From sequence record PZ445432.1: 64,000 nucleotides of DNA; one strand, 5' to 3'. This DNA comes from a phage. Within the stretch, counting starts at the first letter, position 1; every line of letters begins with the position of its first letter. Below are positions 9,486-20,685 of this stretch, piece after piece. Made by a program: the position numbers and the translations under genes. Under the pieces are notes generated by a model that saw nothing but the letters and a program-made list of their open reading frames with translations, had not been told where the DNA came from and did not search any database.

Positions 9486-10382
9486 ATGTTTTATTCTCTC
9501 ATGCGAGAGTCTAAAATAGTTATTGAGTATGACGGTAGGGGGTATCATTTCGATGCCCTCTCTAACTATGATGCTAGTACGTCTTTTCAAGAGTTTAAAA
9601 CTCTTAGACGTACTATTCATAATCGTACCAACTATGCAGACTCTATTATTAATGCTCAAGATCCTTCATCTATTTCATTGGCAATAAATTTCAGTACTAC
9701 GCTTATTGAATCTAACTTCTTTGATTGGATGGGATTCACGCGTGAGGGGAATTCTTTATTTTTGCCAAGAAATACTCCCAATATTGAACCTATTATGTTC
9801 AATATGTATATTATCAATCATAATAATAGCTGTATTTATTTCGAAAACTGCTATGTATCAACAGTTGATTTTTCTCTAGATAAGAGTATACCGATCCTAA
9901 ATGTTGGTATTGAGTCTGGAAAATTCTCTGAAGTATCTACTTTCCGTGATGGATATACGATTACACAAGGTGAGGTACTACCATATAGTCCTCCAGCAGT
10001 GTATACTAATAGCGTGTCATTGCCTGCGCTAATTTCAGCATCTATGTCCTTCCAGCAACAATGTTCTTGGAGGGAAGATAGAAGTATATTTGATATAAAT
10101 AAAGTTTATACTAATAAACGAGCTTATGTCAATGAAATGAATGCTTCCGCAACGCTAGCTTTCTATTACGTTAAGAGATTGGTAGGAGATAAGTTCTTGA
10201 ATCTAGACCCTGAAACAAGAACTCCACTAATTATTAAAAATAAATATGTTTCTGTAACATTTCCTTTAGCACGTATTTCAAAACGCCTAAAATTCTCAGA
10301 TTTGTATCAGGTAGAGTATGATGTAATACCTACTGCTGATTCAGATCCTGTAGAAATAAACTTCTTTGGAGAAAGAAAATAA
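9486..10382 (+). CDS. tail protein of unknown function
   Basis: 298-aa ORF between the tube and chaperone genes. Confidence 0.5.
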   Translation: MFYSLMRESKIVIEYDGRGYHFDALSNYDASTSFQEFKTLRRTIHNRTNYADSIINAQDPSSISLAINFSTTLIESNFFDWMGFTREGNSLFLPRNTPNIEPIMFNMYIINHNNSCIYFENCYVSTVDFSLDKSIPILNVGIESGKFSEVSTFRDGYTITQGEVLPYSPPAVYTNSVSLPALISASMSFQQQCSWREDRSIFDINKVYTNKRAYVNEMNASATLAFYYVKRLVGDKFLNLDPETRTPLIIKNKYVSVTFPLARISKRLKFSDLYQVEYDVIPTADSDPVEINFFGERK

Positions 10383-10786
10383 TGATTAACTTAAAAGATA
10401 TTACACTAGAAACTCGCACTGTTACCCTTTCATATCCAGGTATGCCTAACTTTAAACTAGAGCTTAACTATATGTCTCGTGCTACTTCTAAACGAGTTAT
10501 TGCTTCTGCTAAGCGTGATGAGTGGGTTAATGGTACTTTGATTCAGGTACAGGATGATGATAAGTTCATTGAAGCATTTGTTGATGCTGCTATTAAAGGT
10601 TGGACTGGTTTGACCGTAGGTGACGTTGAAAAACTGATGCTGATTGAAACAGATGCTGATCCTGCTACTGAAGTTCCATTTAGTCGTGATAACGCTGTAA
10701 TGCTTATGCAGAACTCTGCTGCGTTTGATTCTTGGATCAACCAGACAGTGTTTCACTTAGATACTTTTCGTAGCTCAAAAGCGTAA
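10382..10786 (+). CDS. putative tail assembly chaperone (upstream frame)
   Basis: 134-aa acidic ORF directly upstream of the tape measure gene; the downstream frame is open from 10761. Confidence 0.45.
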   Translation: MINLKDITLETRTVTLSYPGMPNFKLELNYMSRATSKRVIASAKRDEWVNGTLIQVQDDDKFIEAFVDAAIKGWTGLTVGDVEKLMLIETDADPATEVPFSRDNAVMLMQNSAAFDSWINQTVFHLDTFRSSKA

Positions 10787-10847
10787 AGAATTACTAGATG
10801 CTGTTGCTGATTTTGCAGATAAGTGTATTAAAAGCTCAGCATCTAAA

Positions 10848-11216
10848 ATGACTAAACAACAATACTTAATACTTTGTGAGTCAATGGGTATAGAGCCTGA
10901 CCCTAAGGCTATGCCTGTTGAACTTGAAGACTTTCCACCTATTGTAGCTATTAGTATGAATATTTATAATAGTCTGGTTGACTGTTTCATACCTGGTGAC
11001 TTCCCTATCTTTATAGGTAAAGACAAGGCTGCTTTAGGCGTTTTATTTGATATTTATGGGATTACTGATCCCATAGAAAAAGAATTTGTTCTACACATTA
11101 TCAATATATTTGATGCTAAAGCTGTAGATGCTGCACGTAAACGTGCTGAGAAGCATAAACCGCAAAACGGAAGGATTCCTAACGTTAAGCCACATGCTAG
11201 ATCTCGCGCACGATAA
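10848..11216 (+). CDS. putative tail assembly chaperone (downstream, +1 frame)
   Basis: 122-aa ORF with no Shine-Dalgarno before its ATG; its frame is open back to 10761, overlapping the upstream ORF. Confidence 0.4.
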   Translation: MTKQQYLILCESMGIEPDPKAMPVELEDFPPIVAISMNIYNSLVDCFIPGDFPIFIGKDKAALGVLFDIYGITDPIEKEFVLHIINIFDAKAVDAARKRAEKHKPQNGRIPNVKPHARSRAR

Positions 11217-11252
11217 AAGTTTCCTCCAATGGGGCGTTCCACGATGGGGCTT

Positions 11253-11285
11253 GGCTCTGGGTGATATGCCCAGAGCCTTTTTTAT
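11253..11285 (+). terminator. rho-independent terminator (ggctctggg-loop-cccagagcc + T-run)
   Basis: perfect 9-bp stem followed by TTTTTTATT, then the GGGAAAAATAAA box. Confidence 0.6.
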
Positions 11286-11300
11286 TGGGAAAAATAAAAT

Positions 11301-14300
11301 ATGACTGATAAGCTAATACGAGAATTACTAATAGACGTTAAACAGAAAGGGGCAACCCGTACTGCAAAGTCTATTGAAAACGTATCTGATGCACTAGAAA
11401 ACGCTGCCGCTGCTTCTGAACTGACAAATGAACAGCTAAGTAAAATGCCCAAAACTCTATACTCCATTGAGAGGGCAGCAGATAGAGCAGCAAAAAGTCT
11501 TACAAATATGCAAGCTAGTAGGGGCATGCTTAGTATCACTAAATCTATTGATGGTATTGGTGATAAGCTAGATTACCTGGCTATCCAACTTATTGAAGTA
11601 ACAGACAAACTAGAAGCTGGATTCGATGGAGTTTCTAGATCTGTTAAGGCAATGGGTAATGATGTTGCAGCTGCAACAGAGAAGGTTCAAGATAGATTGT
11701 ATGACACCAATAGAGTTTTAGGCGGTACAACTAGGGGTTTTAATGATACTGCTGGCGCCGCTGGTAGAGCTTCTAGAGCTATTGGTAATACTTCTGGTTC
11801 AGCTCGTGGTGCAACTCGTGATTTTGCTGCAATGGCTAAAGTTGGTGGTGGTTTACCATTATTATACGCTGCTTTTGCTTCTAACGTATACGTCCTACAG
11901 ACTGCTTTTGAGAGCCTAAAAGTAGGTGATCAGCTAAACAGATTAGAACAGTTTGGTACTATTGTTGGCACCATAACAGGTACTCCTGTTCAGTCCCTTG
12001 CTAGATCACTACAAGAGGCAGCCGGCTATGCAATCTCTTTTGAAGAAGCTATGCGTCAAGCATCCTCTGCCTCCGCTTATGGATTTGATGCTGAACAACT
12101 TAATAAATTTGGTCTAGTAGCTCGTCGTGCTGCTGCTGTTCTTGGTGTTGATATGACTGATGCACTTAACCGTGTAATTAAGGGTGTATCAAAACAAGAA
12201 ATCGAACTTCTGGATGAACTTGGTGTTACTATTCGTCTTAATGACGCATATGCTGACTATGTTAAACAGCTAAATGCTGCTAACACTGGTATAACTTATA
12301 ACATTAATAGTCTTACTACTTTCCAGAAACAGCAGGCGTATGCTAATGCTGTTATAGCAGAGTCTACCAAACGTTTTGGTTACTTAGATGAAGTTTTACG
12401 TGCTACTCCGTGGGAGCAGTTTGCTGCTAACGCAGATGCTGCACTAAGAACAGTACAACAAGCTGCTGCTAAGTACTTAGGTCCAGTAATTGATGCTATC
12501 AACACAGTATTTTATACCTCTCAGGCTTCTGTATCTGCTGAAGCAGCTAGAGCTCAAGAACAAACTAATAAACAGATAGATCCTACCAACGTTGGTGCTG
12601 TTGCTTTAAGTTTGGCTGCTTCTGAAGAAGGGTATAATAAAGCTCTAGATATGTATAGGGAATCCCTTGATAAGCGCAATAAGCTAAAATCTGAGTTCGA
12701 TAAACGAATGTCCCAAGCAGACGCTAGTACTGCTGCCGCTATTAGGTTGGTGGGCGAGGGGATGCCTGTTGGGTTAGCTGCTGGGGGATTTGAAGTAGGA
12801 GGGCTACGCATAGGTTCTTCCGAAGCTAATAAAAAGTTCGTAGAGGAAACCGCAGCTATGGGGCTGCAGATAGCAAGGCTAAGCAAAGAAGTTGATGACT
12901 CTACTGAAAACCTTAATGCTTGGAAGTCAGCCTATCAAGCTGCGGGTGCCGCTGCTGCAAAAGCTAATCCAGAATTCCAAAAACAGATTAATCTACACAG
13001 GGATACTACTGATCCTGATGCTGTATACGATTTTAACTCTACTGTATTAAAAGGACTAACTGAACAACAAAAAGCATATAATCAGACTAAGAAAACTGCT
13101 AGTGACTTAGCTAATGACTTTCAAAATATAGCTAGTAGCACAGATACTGCTGCTAAAACCAGTGCAGCTTTTGAAGGGGTAATTAGAAATGTAGAATCTC
13201 TCTCCGCAGGAACTGGTAAGAGTGCCGATGAATATGTTAAAAATCTTAACTTAGGGTTTAATACCCTATCTGAGATGAAAACTGCATCCCAGGCTCTATC
13301 TGAGTACGTTAAACTAACTGGTAATGAAACTAAAAATCAGTTAGCAGTTCAACAGAAAATAGCTGATGTGTACAATAAAACTAAGGATAAGGAAAAGGCT
13401 CAGGAAGCTGGTAGACGTTTAGAGTTGCAACAGTTAGAAGAGCAAGAAGCTGCTTTACGCCGTGTTCTTCAAACAAACCAGGGAAATAAAGCTGTTGAGA
13501 AAGAAATTGAAAAAATTCAGCTGGAGAAACTTAAACTTACCAATCAGGGTATGGAAGCTCAGAAGAAGGTCAAGGATTACACAGATAAAATCCTGGGTGT
13601 AGATCGTGAGATAGCTCTCTTAAATAACCGTACTATGACAGATACTCAGTATCGTCTAGCACAGTTAAATCTTGAATTGACCGTTGAAAAAGAGAAGTAC
13701 GAATGGTACACAAAACAAGCTGATAAACAGAAAGAGGCGGAACAGTCTAGACGTGCTCAAGCCCAAATTGAACGTGAAATCTGGAAATTCCGTCAAGATC
13801 AGATTGCTTCAATGGCTGCTGGTAGAGAGGAAGAACAGCAAAGACAATTTACTGCTAAACCATTAATGGGAAATGCGGAGCGCTTACAGGAACAGCTAAA
13901 ATTATATGAAGACTTAAAGCAGAAAACATTAGGTAATGCTGTGGCACAGGCGGAATATAATAAAAAGATAGCTGAAACTAGGGCACAACTAGCAGGTCTA
14001 AGGGCACAGAGGGATGCGGAGATGCAGCAACAGGTAGGGTCTTCTGTAGGTGCTGTATATACTCCTACAACTGGACTATCTGGAGAAGATAAAGATTTTG
14101 CTGATATGCAAAATAGAATGGCTTCTTATGATCAGGCAATCTCTAAACTATCTGAGTTAAATTCCGAAGCAACTGCTGTAGCTCAAAGCATGGGTAATTT
14201 AACTAACTCTATGATTCAGTTCTCCCAGGGATCTCTAGATACTACGTCTATGATTGCTTCTGGTATGCAGACTGTAGCCTCGATGATTCAATATAGTACT

Positions 14301-15008
14301 AGCCAACAAGTTAGTGCGATTGATCAGGCTATTGCAGCAGAACAGAAACGAGATGGTAAATCTGAAGCATCTAAAGCTAAACTGAAGAAATTAGAAGCTG
14401 AAAAGCTTAAAATTCAACAGGATGCAGCTAAGAAACAGATTATCATTCAGACAGCAGTAGCGGTAATGCAAGCAGCAACAGCTGTACCATATCCGTTCTC
14501 TATTCCTCTAATGGTGGCGGCAGGTTTGGCAGGTGCACTGGCTCTTGCTCAGGCATCTTCCGCATCTGGTATGTCTTCTATCGCTGACTCTGGAGCAGAT
14601 ACTACTCAGTATTTAGCCCTAGGTGAACGACAGAAGAATGTTGATGTATCTATGCAAGCTAGTTCAGGAGAATTATCCTATCTACGTGGTGATAAAGGTA
14701 TTGGTAATGCTAACTCCTTTGTTCCACGTGCGGAAGGCGGTATGATGTATCCTGGAGTAAGCTATCAAATGGGTGAGCACGGTACCGAGGTAATTACTCC
14801 TATGGTTCCTATGAAAGCTACGCCTAATGATCAGCTTTCCGAAGGATCAAGGTCCTCTTCTGGTAGACCTATTATCCTGAATATCAGCACTATGGATGCA
14901 GCAAGCTTCAGAGATTTTGCATCGAATAATAGTACTGCTTTCAGAGATGCCGTGGAACTGGCTCTTAATGAGAATGGAACCACCCTGAAATCTCTTGGTA
15001 ATTCTTAA
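11301..15008 (+). CDS. tail tape measure protein (pb2-like)
   Basis: 1235 aa; long Ala/Gln/Glu-rich coiled-coil; position between the chaperones and distal tail protein. Confidence 0.85.
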   Translation: MTDKLIRELLIDVKQKGATRTAKSIENVSDALENAAAASELTNEQLSKMPKTLYSIERAADRAAKSLTNMQASRGMLSITKSIDGIGDKLDYLAIQLIEVTDKLEAGFDGVSRSVKAMGNDVAAATEKVQDRLYDTNRVLGGTTRGFNDTAGAAGRASRAIGNTSGSARGATRDFAAMAKVGGGLPLLYAAFASNVYVLQTAFESLKVGDQLNRLEQFGTIVGTITGTPVQSLARSLQEAAGYAISFEEAMRQASSASAYGFDAEQLNKFGLVARRAAAVLGVDMTDALNRVIKGVSKQEIELLDELGVTIRLNDAYADYVKQLNAANTGITYNINSLTTFQKQQAYANAVIAESTKRFGYLDEVLRATPWEQFAANADAALRTVQQAAAKYLGPVIDAINTVFYTSQASVSAEAARAQEQTNKQIDPTNVGAVALSLAASEEGYNKALDMYRESLDKRNKLKSEFDKRMSQADASTAAAIRLVGEGMPVGLAAGGFEVGGLRIGSSEANKKFVEETAAMGLQIARLSKEVDDSTENLNAWKSAYQAAGAAAAKANPEFQKQINLHRDTTDPDAVYDFNSTVLKGLTEQQKAYNQTKKTASDLANDFQNIASSTDTAAKTSAAFEGVIRNVESLSAGTGKSADEYVKNLNLGFNTLSEMKTASQALSEYVKLTGNETKNQLAVQQKIADVYNKTKDKEKAQEAGRRLELQQLEEQEAALRRVLQTNQGNKAVEKEIEKIQLEKLKLTNQGMEAQKKVKDYTDKILGVDREIALLNNRTMTDTQYRLAQLNLELTVEKEKYEWYTKQADKQKEAEQSRRAQAQIEREIWKFRQDQIASMAAGREEEQQRQFTAKPLMGNAERLQEQLKLYEDLKQKTLGNAVAQAEYNKKIAETRAQLAGLRAQRDAEMQQQVGSSVGAVYTPTTGLSGEDKDFADMQNRMASYDQAISKLSELNSEATAVAQSMGNLTNSMIQFSQGSLDTTSMIASGMQTVASMIQYSTSQQVSAIDQAIAAEQKRDGKSEASKAKLKKLEAEKLKIQQDAAKKQIIIQTAVAVMQAATAVPYPFSIPLMVAAGLAGALALAQASSASGMSSIADSGADTTQYLALGERQKNVDVSMQASSGELSYLRGDKGIGNANSFVPRAEGGMMYPGVSYQMGEHGTEVITPMVPMKATPNDQLSEGSRSSSGRPIILNISTMDAASFRDFASNNSTAFRDAVELALNENGTTLKSLGNS

Positions 15009-15013
15009 TATTG

Positions 15014-15042
15014 GAGGAGGACTTTATGTCCTCCTTTTCTTT
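15014..15042 (+). terminator. rho-independent terminator (ggaggac-tttat-gtcctcc + T-run)
   Basis: 7-bp stem followed by TTTTCTTT, then the GGAAAAATAAA box. Confidence 0.6.
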
Positions 15043-15061
15043 ATGGAAAAATAAAAATTTC

Positions 15062-15090
15062 TTGATAAAATTTTCCAATACTATTATAAT
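15062..15090 (+). promoter_or_regulatory. sigma70-like promoter TTGATA-17-TATAAT upstream of the distal tail protein gene
   Basis: hexamers and 17-nt spacer read from sequence. Confidence 0.45.
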
Positions 15091-15117
15091 ATTGTTATTA
15101 AAGAGGAGAAATTAACT

Positions 15118-15732
15118 ATGAGACTACCAGATCCATACACGAACCCAGAGTACCCAGGGTTAGGTTTTGAAAGCGTCAATTTAGTAGATAACGACCCTAT
15201 GATTCGTGATGAATTACCTAATGGTAAAGTCAAAGAGGTTAAAATATCTGCTCAATACTGGGGAATTAATATCTCATACCCGGAACTTTTCCCGGATGAA
15301 TATGCATTTCTAGACTCTAGGATTTTAGAATATAAAAGAACTGGAGATTATTTAGATGTACTCCTGCCTCAGTACGAAGCATTTAGAGTACGTGGTGATA
15401 CTAAGAGTGTTACCATACCTGCCGGTCAAAAAGGTTCTCAAATTATACTAAATACTAATGGAACCTTGACTGGGCAGCCAAAAGCTGGGGATTTATTTAA
15501 GTTATCTAATCATCCTAAAGTTTATAAAATAACAAATTTTAGTAGCTCAGGAAACGTATGGAATATTTCCCTATATCCTGATCTATTTATTACTACTACG
15601 GGTAGTGAAAAACCAGTTTTTAATGGTATCTTATTTAGAACTAAGCTAATGAATGCTGATTCTTTTGGTTCTACATTAAATAACAATGGTACTTACTCTG
15701 GTATTTCACTTTCCTTGAGGGAAAGTCTATGA
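15118..15732 (+). CDS. distal tail protein (pb9-like)
   Basis: 204 aa; position directly after the tape measure gene. Confidence 0.75.
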   Translation: MRLPDPYTNPEYPGLGFESVNLVDNDPMIRDELPNGKVKEVKISAQYWGINISYPELFPDEYAFLDSRILEYKRTGDYLDVLLPQYEAFRVRGDTKSVTIPAGQKGSQIILNTNGTLTGQPKAGDLFKLSNHPKVYKITNFSSSGNVWNISLYPDLFITTTGSEKPVFNGILFRTKLMNADSFGSTLNNNGTYSGISLSLRESL

Positions 15733-18578
15733 AGCAGATACTCGATAGTGCTAAAACATATCTTAATACTCATGACAAGCTAAAAACAGCTTGTCTTATA
15801 GCTTTAGAGCTTCCTAGTTCATCAGGCTCTGCTGCTACTTATATTTATTTAACTGACTACTTTAGAGATGTTACTTATAACGGAATCTTATATAGATCTG
15901 GTAAAGTAAAAAGTATCGGCTCCCATAAACAAAACCGTGAACTATCTATTGGTAGTTTATCTTTTACCATAACTGGTACAGCAGAAGATGAAGTATTAAA
16001 ACTAGTTCAAAATGGGGTATCTTTCTTAGATAGAACTATCACTATACATCAAGCTATAATTGATGAAGAAGGTAATATTCTCCCTGTAGATCCTGATACT
16101 AATGGACCTTTACTATTCTTCCGTGGTAGAATTACCGGAGGCGGAATAAAAGATAATGTTACTACCTCAGGAATAGGAACCTCTGTTATCACATGGAACT
16201 GTTCCAACCAGTTCTATGACTTTGATAGGGTGAATGGTCGTTATACCGATGATGCTTCTCACCGAGGACTTGAAGTTGTTAATGGACAATTACAGCCTTC
16301 TAATGGGGCTAAACGTCCTGAATATCAAGAAGACTATGGATTCTTCCACTCTAATAAAAGTACCACTATCTTAGCTAAGTATCAAGTAAAAGAAGAACGC
16401 TATAAACTTCAGTCCAAGAAGAAACTCTTTGGTCTATCAAGAAGTTACAGTCTTAAAAAATATTATGAGACTGTAACTAAAGAAGTTGATTTAGACTTTA
16501 ACTTAGCTGCTAAATTTATACCTGTTGTATATGGAGTTCAGAAAATTCCTGGTATCCCTATTTTTGCAGATACTGAGTTAAATAACCCTAATATAGTGTA
16601 TGTAGTCTATGCTTTTTCGGAAGGAGAAATTGACGGATTCCTAGATTTCTATATCGGGGACAGCCCAATGATCTGTTTTGATGAAACAGATTCCAATACT
16701 AGAACCTGCTTCGGTCGTAAGAAACTAGTGGGTGATACAATGCACAGACTAGCTGCTGGTACAAGCACTTCTCAACCTTCTGTTCATGGTCAGGAGTATA
16801 AGTATAATGATGGTAATGGTGACATAAGAATATGGACTTTTCATGGCAAACCAGACCAGACAGCAGCTCAAGTATTAGTGGATATTGCTAAAAGAAAAGG
16901 TTTCTATTTACAGAATCAAAATGGCAATGGACCAGAATACTGGGATTCTCGTTATAAACTCTTAGACACAGCCTACGCTGTAGTTAGATTTACTATTAAC
17001 GAGAATAGAACTGAAATTCCAGAAATTAGTGCTGAAGTACAAGGTAAGAAAGTCAAAGTATATAGTTCTGATGGGTCTGTTAAAGCTGATAAAACTAGCC
17101 TTAACGGTATCTGGCAGCTTATGGACTATCTAACCTCTGAACGTTATGGAGCTAACATAACTCTAGATCAGTTCCCACTACAAAAGATTATATCAGAAGC
17201 AAAAATTCTAGATATAATTGATGAGTCTTATCAGGTTAGCTGGCAACCTTACTGGCGTTACGTTGGATGGAGTGATTCTATATCTGAACATCGTCAAGTA
17301 GTTCAATTAAACACCATACTAGATACTTCTGAATCAGTTTTTAAAAACGTTCAAGGTATATTAGAATCATTTGGTGGGGCTATAAATAACCTGTCAGGTG
17401 AGTATAGAATAACAGTAGAAAAACATTCTACAACTCCATTAAAAATAGGTTTTCTAGACACTTATGGTGACTTAGACTTATCTGATACTACTGGTAGAAA
17501 TAAATTTAACTCAGTACAAGCATCGTTAGTAGATCCTGCACTAAGCTGGAAAACAAACTCTATCACGTTCTATAACTCGAAGTTTAAAGAGCAGGATAAA
17601 GGTCTTGACAAGAAACTCCAGTTATCTTTTGCTAATATTACTAATTACTACACTGCTAGGAGTTACGCAGATAGAGAACTTAAGAAATCTAGGTACTCGC
17701 GTACTTTAAGTTTTTCTGTACCATATAAATTTATAGGTATAGAGCCTAACGATCCTATTGCTTTCACATATGAACGTTATGGCTGGAAGGACAAATTCTT
17801 CCTGGTTGACGAAGTAGAAAATACTCGTGATGGTAAAATTAATCTAGTTCTACAAGAGTACGGGGAAGATGTATTTATTAATTCCGAACAGGTAGATAAT
17901 AGTGGTAATGGTATTCCTGATATTAGTAATAACGTTCTACCTCCTAGAGACTTTAAATATACACCAACTCCTGGTGGTATGATAGGTGCTATAGGTAAAA
18001 ATGGGGAACTATCTTGGCTACCTAGTCTTACTAATAACGTAGTATACTACTCTATAACTCATTCAGGTCATGTAGATCCTTATATAATTCAGCAATTAGA
18101 GAATAATCCTAATGAAAGGATGATTCAGGAGATTATAGGTGAGCCTACTGGTTTAGCTATTTTTGAGCTACGCGCAGTAGATATTAACGGTAGACGTAGT
18201 TCCCCTGTTACTCTTTCTGTGGATCTTAATTCTGCTAGAAACTTAAGTGTAGTTAGTAACTTTAGAGTAACTAATACAGCTTCTGGAGACGTGACTGAAT
18301 TTGTTGGACCAGACGTGAAACTTGCTTGGGATAAGATACCTGAGGAAGAAATAATTCCAGAAATTTACTATACTCTAGAAATACATGATTCTCAGGATAG
18401 AATGCTTCGTAGTATAAGGATAGAGGATGCCTATACTTATGACTATCTATTAACATATAATAAGGCGGATTTTGCACTATTAAACTCCGGTGCTTTAGGA
18501 ATTAATCGTAAACTACGATTTAGGATTAGAGCAGAGGGGAAAAATGGTGAGCAATCTGTTGGTTGGGCTACTATTTAA
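15729..18578 (+). CDS. baseplate hub protein (pb3-like)
   Basis: 949 aa; overlapping start; position after the distal tail protein. Confidence 0.8.
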   Translation: MKQILDSAKTYLNTHDKLKTACLIALELPSSSGSAATYIYLTDYFRDVTYNGILYRSGKVKSIGSHKQNRELSIGSLSFTITGTAEDEVLKLVQNGVSFLDRTITIHQAIIDEEGNILPVDPDTNGPLLFFRGRITGGGIKDNVTTSGIGTSVITWNCSNQFYDFDRVNGRYTDDASHRGLEVVNGQLQPSNGAKRPEYQEDYGFFHSNKSTTILAKYQVKEERYKLQSKKKLFGLSRSYSLKKYYETVTKEVDLDFNLAAKFIPVVYGVQKIPGIPIFADTELNNPNIVYVVYAFSEGEIDGFLDFYIGDSPMICFDETDSNTRTCFGRKKLVGDTMHRLAAGTSTSQPSVHGQEYKYNDGNGDIRIWTFHGKPDQTAAQVLVDIAKRKGFYLQNQNGNGPEYWDSRYKLLDTAYAVVRFTINENRTEIPEISAEVQGKKVKVYSSDGSVKADKTSLNGIWQLMDYLTSERYGANITLDQFPLQKIISEAKILDIIDESYQVSWQPYWRYVGWSDSISEHRQVVQLNTILDTSESVFKNVQGILESFGGAINNLSGEYRITVEKHSTTPLKIGFLDTYGDLDLSDTTGRNKFNSVQASLVDPALSWKTNSITFYNSKFKEQDKGLDKKLQLSFANITNYYTARSYADRELKKSRYSRTLSFSVPYKFIGIEPNDPIAFTYERYGWKDKFFLVDEVENTRDGKINLVLQEYGEDVFINSEQVDNSGNGIPDISNNVLPPRDFKYTPTPGGMIGAIGKNGELSWLPSLTNNVVYYSITHSGHVDPYIIQQLENNPNERMIQEIIGEPTGLAIFELRAVDINGRRSSPVTLSVDLNSARNLSVVSNFRVTNTASGDVTEFVGPDVKLAWDKIPEEEIIPEIYYTLEIHDSQDRMLRSIRIEDAYTYDYLLTYNKADFALLNSGALGINRKLRFRIRAEGKNGEQSVGWATI

Positions 18579-20681
18579 ATGATTTCAAATAATGCACCAG
18601 CTAAAATGGTCCTAAATAGCGTCTTAACTGGATATACGTTGGCGTATATCCAGCATTCTATCTACTCTGATTATGACGTTATAGGCAGGTCTTTTTGGCT
18701 TAAAGAAGGTAGCAACGTTACTCGTAGAGATTTTACTGGAGTTGATACCTTCTCTGTAACTATTAATAACCTAAAACCTACAACAACTTATGAAGTTCAG
18801 GGTGCATTTTATGATTCTATAATAGACTCTGAACTACTTAATGCTCAGATAGGTATTAATCTATCTGACAAACAAACTTTTAAAACGAAGTCAGCACCCA
18901 GAATTACAGGTGCTAGATGTGAATCAGAGCCTGTAGACGTAGGTGTTGGAGCTCCAATAGTTTATATAGATACTACAGGAGAAGCTGATTATTGTACTAT
19001 AGAATTAAAAAATAATTCTAATGCTAATAATCCATGGGTTAAATATTATGTTGGTGCGTTGATGCCAACTATTATGTTTGGTGGTGTGCCAATCGGGTCC
19101 TATAAGGTAAGAATTTCTGGACAAATATCCCTACCAGATGGAGTAACTATTGATTCATCTGGATACTATGAGTATCCTACTGTCTTTGAGGTTAGATATA
19201 ACTTTGTACCACCTACAGCTCCTGTTAATATTGCGTTTAAAGCTGCGCGTATAGCAGACGGTAAAGAACGCTATGATTTACGTGTGCAATGGGATTGGAA
19301 TAGGGGTGCAGGTGCCAACGTTCGTGAATTCGTTCTATCCTATATAGATTCAGCAGAGTTTGCTAGAACTGGGTGGACTAAGGCACAAAAAATCAACGTG
19401 GGGGCTGCCCAATCAGCAACAATTATATCATTCCCATGGAAAGTAGAGCATAAATTTAAAGTGTCGTCTATTGCCTGGGGACCAAGTAAGCAGGCTATTA
19501 CCGACTCTGCTGTACAAACTTTTATACTAAAGGAGGATACTCCACTAGATAACAGTTTTGTAAATGAAACTGGTATTGAGGTAAACTACGCGTACATTAA
19601 AGGCAAGATCAAAGATGGTTCTACTTGGAAACAAACTTTCCTGATAGATGCTGCTACTGGTGCTATTAATATAGGTCTTCTAGATGCGGGAGGAAAAGCC
19701 CCAATATCATTTGACCCTATTAAAAAGATAGTTAACGTTGATGGAAGTGTAATAACTAAAACTATTAACGCTGCTAGCTTTGTCATGACTAATTTAACCG
19801 GTCAAGATAACCCAGCAATTTATACTCAAGGCAAAACTTGGGGTGATACAAGATCTGGTATCTGGATGGGTATGGATAATGCTACTGCTAAACCAAAACT
19901 GGATATTGGCAATGCTACACAGTACATTCGTTATGATGGAGATACATTAAGGATTTCTAGTGGGGTTGTAATTGGTACACCTAACGGTGACATCGATATA
20001 GCAACAGGTATACAAGGTAAGCAAACGGTATTTATCTATACTCTAGGAACCTCACTACCTGCTAAGCCTACAAGCCCTGCATATCCGCCTCCAGGCTGGT
20101 CAAAAACTCCACCCAATAGAACATCTAATACTCAAAATATTTACTGTTCTACAGGTACTTTAGACCCAGTTACTAATCAATTAGTATCTGGAACTAGTTG
20201 GTCAGATGTGGTTCAATGGAGTGGTACAGAAGGTGTTGATGGTAGGCCCGGAGCGGATGGTAAACCAGGTGCTGATGGTAAACCAGGAGCTACAGGACAA
20301 CGTGGTCCTGGAATGTATTCTCTTGCTATCAATAATTTAACAGCATGGGATGATTCTCAGGCTAATGCGTTTTTTACATCTAACTTTGGTACTGGTCCTG
20401 TTAAATATGATGTATTAACCGAGTATAAAAGCGGAGCACCAGGAACAGCGTTTACTAGGCAGTGGAATGGTTCAGCATGGGTTAGCCCTGCAATGGTCTT
20501 GCATGGTGATATGATAGTTAATGGTACGGTAACTGCTAGTAAAATTGTTGCTAATAACGCTTTCTTATCACAAATTGGTGTAAATATTATATATGATCGT
20601 GCAGCAGCACTATCCTCTAATCCAGAGGGATCTTACAAAATGAAGATAGACCTGCAAAACGGGTATATCCATATAAGGTAA
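18579..20681 (+). CDS. tail tip / central fibre protein with collagen-like G-X-Y repeat (pb4-like)
   Basis: 700 aa; [24 protein letters not shown] collagen-like tract. Confidence 0.75.
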   Translation: MISNNAPAKMVLNSVLTGYTLAYIQHSIYSDYDVIGRSFWLKEGSNVTRRDFTGVDTFSVTINNLKPTTTYEVQGAFYDSIIDSELLNAQIGINLSDKQTFKTKSAPRITGARCESEPVDVGVGAPIVYIDTTGEADYCTIELKNNSNANNPWVKYYVGALMPTIMFGGVPIGSYKVRISGQISLPDGVTIDSSGYYEYPTVFEVRYNFVPPTAPVNIAFKAARIADGKERYDLRVQWDWNRGAGANVREFVLSYIDSAEFARTGWTKAQKINVGAAQSATIISFPWKVEHKFKVSSIAWGPSKQAITDSAVQTFILKEDTPLDNSFVNETGIEVNYAYIKGKIKDGSTWKQTFLIDAATGAINIGLLDAGGKAPISFDPIKKIVNVDGSVITKTINAASFVMTNLTGQDNPAIYTQGKTWGDTRSGIWMGMDNATAKPKLDIGNATQYIRYDGDTLRISSGVVIGTPNGDIDIATGIQGKQTVFIYTLGTSLPAKPTSPAYPPPGWSKTPPNRTSNTQNIYCSTGTLDPVTNQLVSGTSWSDVVQWSGTEGVDGRPGADGKPGADGKPGATGQRGPGMYSLAINNLTAWDDSQANAFFTSNFGTGPVKYDVLTEYKSGAPGTAFTRQWNGSAWVSPAMVLHGDMIVNGTVTASKIVANNAFLSQIGVNIIYDRAAALSSNPEGSYKMKIDLQNGYIHIR

Positions 20682-20685
20682 AATA

